The translations under genes were made by a program, and so were the position numbers. From assembly GCF_005696695.1 (NCBI RefSeq), contig NZ_CP040006.1, positions 120,001 to 152,000 of the forward strand: a stretch of 32,000 nucleotides of DNA. The letters are read 5' to 3'. Positions 28,127 to 32,000 of this stretch are shown here, piece by piece (position 1 is the stretch's first letter; each line of letters opens with the position of its first letter). The notes under the pieces are model-generated. The model was given only the letters and a program-made list of their open reading frames with translations. It was not told where the DNA came from and ran no database searches. This DNA is from Schaalia odontolytica (GTDB lineage: Bacteria > Actinomycetota > Actinomycetes > Actinomycetales > Actinomycetaceae).

Positions 28127-28968
28127 GGTGCTTGTTGCGCCGCTGGTGTTCCGGGCGCCGCGTGTGCTTTGTGGGGCCGGGCTGCCCGCGTGATTTCCAG
28201 CCGCCGCCTGATCTCCGGCCGCCGCGTGGCCTGCTGTTTTTGGGTGTGTCTGCTCTGTGCGCTCGTGGGCGGCGGCCCGCCCGCGAGATCGCCACACGCG
28301 AGCTTCGCTCGGAGTGGTCGATCTCGAGGCCCGCCCTGGCCCTGCCGCCGCCCACGAGCGCCGCAGCCACACTCCTATTGCCCCGCAGGCCCTGCGGTGG
28401 TCTCCAATCGGGCGGGCATGTGTGTGCCCTGGCCCCGCCGCCCACCGGCACCGCGGCCAGGCCCTCCGGTCCCTCCGGCGCCCTCCACACCAGTGGTGCC
28501 TGGCGTGCTGCTGACATGTGGTTCGGCGCGTCGTCTCGAAGCCCGGCCAGGCCCCATAGGCCAGGCGGTTCGGTTCTTTGAAACCCCTGTCGCCTTTGCG
28601 CGCTCGTACGTGCCTGGGGTTGAAACCGTCATCACCTTTGCGGGCCGGCGAGGTGCGCCAGTTGAAACCACCATCGCCTTTGCGGCTATGAAACGGGCGA
28701 TTTTGGTGCGTTTTTTGGTTGCAGTGGTGACGGTGGTTTCAACGGTTGCTATTCAAGGGCGCGCAGTGGTGATGGGGGTTTCATGCTGACCTGCAGCAGC
28801 GGTCGTAGAGGTGTCATTGGTTTCAATATCGCCACGTCGCCGCTTCCTGCGCGCGAAAAAGGTCGCCCTGCTCGGTCTGATGGTGGACGCGAGCGTGACT
28901 ATATTCGCCCTGCAGGCGAAAAAGTACCCAAAATTGGCGTTTTATGGCGTGCTGGGCGAATTTTGTAC
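28127..28968 (+). repeat. Long intergenic repeat element, copy 2 (the longest; three nested hairpin arm pairs)
   Basis: Collinear with 13647-14295 and, in its 5' third, with 19182-19500 (hand alignment). Confidence 0.8.
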
Positions 28969-29063
28969 CGGATGCGCTGATGAAGGGCCTGTGTCGGGCG
29001 AGTTATGTCCCGGACCTTGCATCTAGGGCCTCTTGCTGCCGATATGTTCCTGGATCTGCGGGA

Positions 29064-29079
29064 CGACTAGATGTTGCCC
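29064..29079. promoter_or_regulatory. NrdR-box-like site
   Basis: cgaCTAGATGTTGccc fits the core pattern C-w-A-n-A-T-n-T-w-G of the published 16-bp NrdR box consensus (acaCwAtATaTwGtgt). Confidence 0.4.
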
Positions 29080-29137
29080 CACGATCTCGTGCTATCTGGC
29101 CGATCTGTTTCTCGGTCTGCGGCGCGCCCAGATGCGC

Positions 29138-29178
29138 CCCCTAGATGTAGGGCTCGTGTCGGCCCCTAGATCTAGGGT
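29138..29178. promoter_or_regulatory. Two NrdR-box-like sites (29138-29153 and 29163-29178)
   Basis: cccCTAGATGTAGggc and cccCTAGATCTAGggt. The second contains the perfect 14-bp palindrome CCCTAGATCTAGGG. Confidence 0.5.
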
Positions 29179-29274
29179 GCGCCTCCCGTTGGAGGCGCGC
29201 GTGGGTGCCTCGCTCAGACCCCATGCGACCGCCTTTCCGCATGATTCCGGCCATTTCGCCAAAAATGCCACTCA

Positions 29275-29323
29275 CCCCTATATCTAGGGGCGCTTAGTCG
29301 CCAACGACCCCTAGATGTGCGGG
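29275..29323. promoter_or_regulatory. Two NrdR-box-like sites (29275-29290 and 29308-29323), centres 33 bp apart
   Basis: cccCTATATCTAGggg and cccCTAGATGTGCggg. The tandem spacing is close to the ~31-32 bp typical of paired NrdR boxes. Confidence 0.5.
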
Positions 29324-29454
29324 TGCGACACGCCCAAGAGTGCCACCAAAGAGTGTGACGCTCGACATCTTTCAGGTGGTTGGCAGGTGGTTATGCACAG
29401 GGTGGTGATGCGCTCGTCCACAGGGTGCACAGGTGTGTGTGAGGGTGGTGGAGA

Positions 29455-29470
29455 CCCCTAGATGTGCCCG
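29455..29470. promoter_or_regulatory. NrdR-box-like site
   Basis: cccCTAGATGTGCccg, nearly identical to the 29308-29323 site. Confidence 0.4.
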
Positions 29471-29613
29471 TGGGTTAGTCGCAAACCCCAATGTTTGCGC
29501 GCATCTTCGCGCACCTGTGCGGAGGGGGCGACAAATCGCAAAGGCCTCTCCGAGATCCTGACCGCTCGCTCCATCCACAGACCCCTCCTGCCTCGTCCAC
29601 AGTTGGGGCGGCG

Positions 29614-29629
29614 CACACAACATCTAGGG
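29614..29629. promoter_or_regulatory. NrdR-box-like site nearest to nrdH (about 115 nt upstream of the start)
   Basis: acaCAACATCTAGggg; the left half matches the consensus aca-C-w-A exactly. Confidence 0.55.
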
Positions 29630-29744
29630 GGCGCTTGCGTGGGCGGCCACGAGGTGTAGTGTTGTCGTGTTCGCGGCGAACGAGCCGCCAGAAAGACAAC
29701 ACAGGATGCCAACGTCCGGCCTCGAGCCGCAAGGAGACACGAAC

Positions 29745-29996
29745 ATGTCGATCACCGTCTACTCCAAGCCCCGCTGCCCCCAGTGCGACGCGACCTACCG
29801 CGCCCTCGACAAGCAGGGCGTCTCCTACGAGAAGATCGACGTCACCCAGGACGCGGAATCCCTCGCCTTCATTAAGGGCCTCGGCTACCAGCAGGCCCCC
29901 GTCGTCGTGGCCGGCGAGGATCACTGGTCCGGCTTCCGCCCCGACCGCATCAAGGCCGTCGCTGCCGCAGCTGCCCCCCTGGCGCTGCAGGCCTGA
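29745..29996 (+). CDS. nrdH: Glutaredoxin-like protein NrdH
   Basis: The ORF track starts at 29667. ATG 29745 has AAGGAGA 7 nt upstream and gives MSITVYSKPRCPQCDATYRAL..., with the CPQC redox motif and the NrdH signature WSGFRPD. Confidence 0.93.
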   Translation: MSITVYSKPRCPQCDATYRALDKQGVSYEKIDVTQDAESLAFIKGLGYQQAPVVVAGEDHWSGFRPDRIKAVAAAAAPLALQA

Positions 29997-30011
29997 GTCG
30001 CGCCGACAAGT

Positions 30012-30029
30012 CCCGGCCGCGAGGCCGGG
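30012..30029 (+). other. Hairpin in the 280-nt nrdH-nrdI spacer (possible attenuator or processing site)
   Basis: CCCGGCC-gcga-GGCCGGG followed by GCTTTCGCG (a weak U tract). Confidence 0.3.
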
Positions 30030-30277
30030 GCTTTCGCGTATCTGGGCGGGAACGGGGCCGGGGCGCACCCCTCGGTGGATATGGGGAAATGAGCGGCCAA
30101 CTGGCCGTGAGGATTTGCCGCCCACGGCCGCATACATACGCCGCCAGCGACTGCGTGCCCTCGCCAAGCCGGCCGCGTCGATCATCCCACATGGGACACG
30201 CGTGCGAGGCAACCCCGCCCGGGCCTCGGGGGTGAGACACTAGAGATTCAGCATCCCGCCTAGCAGGAAGGATCACC

Positions 30278-30694
30278 ATGGGCATCGTCGTCTACTTCTC
30301 GTCGGCGACGGGCAACACCCGCCGTTTTGTCGAAAAGCTCGGCCTCCCGGCGGCGCGAATCCCGTTGCTTCCCAAGGATGAACCCCTGCGCGTGACCGAG
30401 GAGTACGTGCTCGTCGTGCCCACCTACGGCGGCGGAAATCTCAAGGGAGCGGTGCCCAAACAGGTCATCAAGTTCCTCAATGACCCCGACAATCGGGCCC
30501 TGTGTAGGGGCGTCATCTCGTCGGGAAACACTAACTTCGGCAAGGCCTACTGCATCGCGGGCGACATTATCGCGGCCAAGCTGGGGGTCCCCCACATGTA
30601 TAAGTTCGAGCTCCTCGGTACGCCCGAGGACGTCTCCAGAGTTCGCGAAGGACTGGAACAGTTTTGGCAGAAAACTACACCGACACAGGCGTAG
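30278..30694 (+). CDS. nrdI: Flavodoxin-like NrdI
   Basis: [23 protein letters not shown]...VPTYGGG... is a typical NrdI N-terminus, and the gene lies between nrdH and nrdE. Confidence 0.93.
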   Translation: MGIVVYFSSATGNTRRFVEKLGLPAARIPLLPKDEPLRVTEEYVLVVPTYGGGNLKGAVPKQVIKFLNDPDNRALCRGVISSGNTNFGKAYCIAGDIIAAKLGVPHMYKFELLGTPEDVSRVREGLEQFWQKTTPTQA

Positions 30695-32000
30695 AGGAAG
30701 CTCCCTCCCCGGAGCTGGACTACCACGCGCTGAACGCGCAGCTTAACCTGTACGACGCGAACGGACACATTCAGTTCGACGCGGACCGTGCGGCGGCTCG
30801 CCAGTACTTCCTCCAGCACGTCAACCAGAACACGGTGTTCTTCCACGACCTGGAAGAGAAGCTGAAGTACCTGGTAGACGAGGGCTACTACGAGAAGCAC
30901 GTCCTGGACCAGTACGACTTCGCGGACATCAAGGAGCTGTACAAGCAGGCCTACGCCCACAAGTTCCGCTTCCCGACGTTCCTGGGCGCGTTCAAGTACT
31001 ACACGTCGTACACGCTCAAGACTTTCGACGGTAAGCGCTACCTGGAGCGCTTCGAGGATCGTGTCGCCATGGTGTCGCTGTACCTGGCGCGCGGCGACAT
31101 CGAGCTTGCTCGTAGCTTCGTGGACGAGATCATGACGGGCCGCTTCCAGCCTGCCACCCCGACCTTCCTCAACGCCGGTAAGGCGGCGCGCGGCGAGCTG
31201 GTCTCCTGCTTCCTGCTGCGCATCGAGGACAATATGGAGTCGATCGCGCGAGGCATCAACTCGGCCCTGCAGCTGTCCAAGCGCGGTGGCGGCGTCGCCC
31301 TGCAGCTGACGAACCTGCGTGAGTCGGGTGCCCCCATTAAGAAGATTCAGAACCAGTCCAGCGGCGTCGTGCCCGTCATGAAGCTGCTCGAGGACTCCTT
31401 CTCCTACGCGAACCAGCTGGGTGCGCGTCAGGGCGCGGGCGCTGTGTACCTGCACGCGCACCACCCGGACATCATGCAGTTCCTGGACACCAAGCGTGAG
31501 AACGCGGACGAGAAGATCCGCATCAAGACGCTGTCCCTGGGCGTCGTCATCCCGGACATCACGTTCGAGCTGGCCCGCAAGAACGAGGACATGTACCTGT
31601 TCAGCCCCTACGACGTGGAGCGCGTGTACGGCGTGCCCTTCTCCGAGATTTCGGTGACGGAGAAGTACCACGAGATGGTGGACGACGGCCGTATCCACAA
31701 GCGCAAGATCAACGCTCGTCGCTTCTTCCAGACGATCGCGGAGATCCAGTTCGAGTCCGGCTACCCCTACATCGTCTTCGAGGACACGGTGAACAAGGCG
31801 AACCCGATCAAGGGTCGCATCACCATGTCGAACCTGTGCTCGGAGATCCTCCAGGTGTCCGAGGCTTCGACCTACAACGACGACCTGTCCTACGCCCACG
31901 TCGGCAAGGACATCTCCTGCAACCTGGGCTCGCTCAACATTGCGAAGACCATGGATTCCCCGGACTTCTCCAAGACGATTGAGATGGCGATCCGCGGCCT
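30664..32000 (+). CDS. nrdE: Class Ib ribonucleotide reductase alpha subunit (5' part; continues beyond the window)
   Basis: Not in the ORF track because it is open at the edge. My translation reads ...[24 protein letters not shown]...[25 protein letters not shown]...[19 protein letters not shown]...NLCSEILQV.... The frame opens after TAA at 30601-30603 and has no in-frame ATG or GTG before the conserved LDYHALN, so TTG 30664 is the likely start, overlapping nrdI by 31 nt. Confidence 0.9.
   Translation, partial: MAENYTDTGVEEAPSPELDYHALNAQLNLYDANGHIQFDADRAAARQYFLQHVNQNTVFFHDLEEKLKYLVDEGYYEKHVLDQYDFADIKELYKQAYAHKFRFPTFLGAFKYYTSYTLKTFDGKRYLERFEDRVAMVSLYLARGDIELARSFVDEIMTGRFQPATPTFLNAGKAARGELVSCFLLRIEDNMESIARGINSALQLSKRGGGVALQLTNLRESGAPIKKIQNQSSGVVPVMKLLEDSFSYANQLGARQGAGAVYLHAHHPDIMQFLDTKRENADEKIRIKTLSLGVVIPDITFELARKNEDMYLFSPYDVERVYGVPFSEISVTEKYHEMVDDGRIHKRKINARRFFQTIAEIQFESGYPYIVFEDTVNKANPIKGRITMSNLCSEILQVSEASTYNDDLSYAHVGKDISCNLGSLNIAKTMDSPDFSKTIEMAIRG

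Noticed and set aside
27701-28789. 362-aa plus-strand ORF rich in Cys/Pro/Ala/Arg
   Set aside because: It starts out of frame inside the patatin gene and continues across the microsatellite and repeat element. The reading frame is not conserved in the other element copies.
28577-28828. Integron attC-like sites, because of GTTGAAAC ... GTTTCAAC termini
   Set aside because: attC has RYYYAAC at the 5' end and GTTRRRY at the 3' end. Here the order is reversed, the heptamers do not fit exactly, and there is no intI gene or cassette structure.
30547-31899. 450-aa minus-strand ORF
   Set aside because: It is entirely antisense to the unmistakable nrdE reading frame. The V/L/D/R-rich composition is typical of antisense high-GC ORFs.

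Overview
This is a high-GC actinobacterial chromosome segment, Actinomycetales-like; the genus cannot be determined from sequence alone. Housekeeping content: the 5' part of fhaA at the left edge (minus strand), a large sortase-anchored surface protein, and class Ib ribonucleotide reductase genes split into nrdF (3931-4893, minus) and nrdH-nrdI-nrdE (29745 to beyond 32000, plus). Also present are azlCD, a four-gene polar amino-acid ABC transporter, S33 and S9 peptidases, an RNase HI fusion protein, a GtrA-like protein and a patatin-like protein. Five accessory or unusual regions stand out. (1) A ~4.9-kb minus-strand islet (about 5004-9948) sits directly upstream of nrdF and is bounded by 31-bp direct repeats. 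It encodes a ~395-aa protein with a helical N-terminal region and a C-terminal glycine zipper, an adjacent 3-TM protein, three translationally coupled accessory proteins, and three more paralogues of the 3-TM protein. Three of the four paralogues share a nearly identical 94-bp 3' module; the fourth keeps 68 bp of it. I read this as a polymorphic toxin / immunity-array cassette resembling a type VII secretion substrate; this is the best candidate for a new system. (2) Three long non-coding regions (13.6-14.7 kb, 19.1-19.9 kb, 28.1-29.7 kb) share a repeat family, including nested hairpin arrays with compensatory and G-U-compatible changes. (3) Two 19-bp iteron-like tandem arrays and a 23-bp palindrome lie at 19527-19785. 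(4) Seven NrdR-box-like CTAG palindromes are spread over ~570 bp upstream of nrdH, and none lies upstream of nrdF. (5) A tandemly duplicated pair of Tat/lipoprotein-like paralogues has a duplicated promoter region. Many long ORF-track entries are antisense or out-of-frame artefacts of high GC and are rejected below. All homology statements come from motif recognition by eye; no searches were run.
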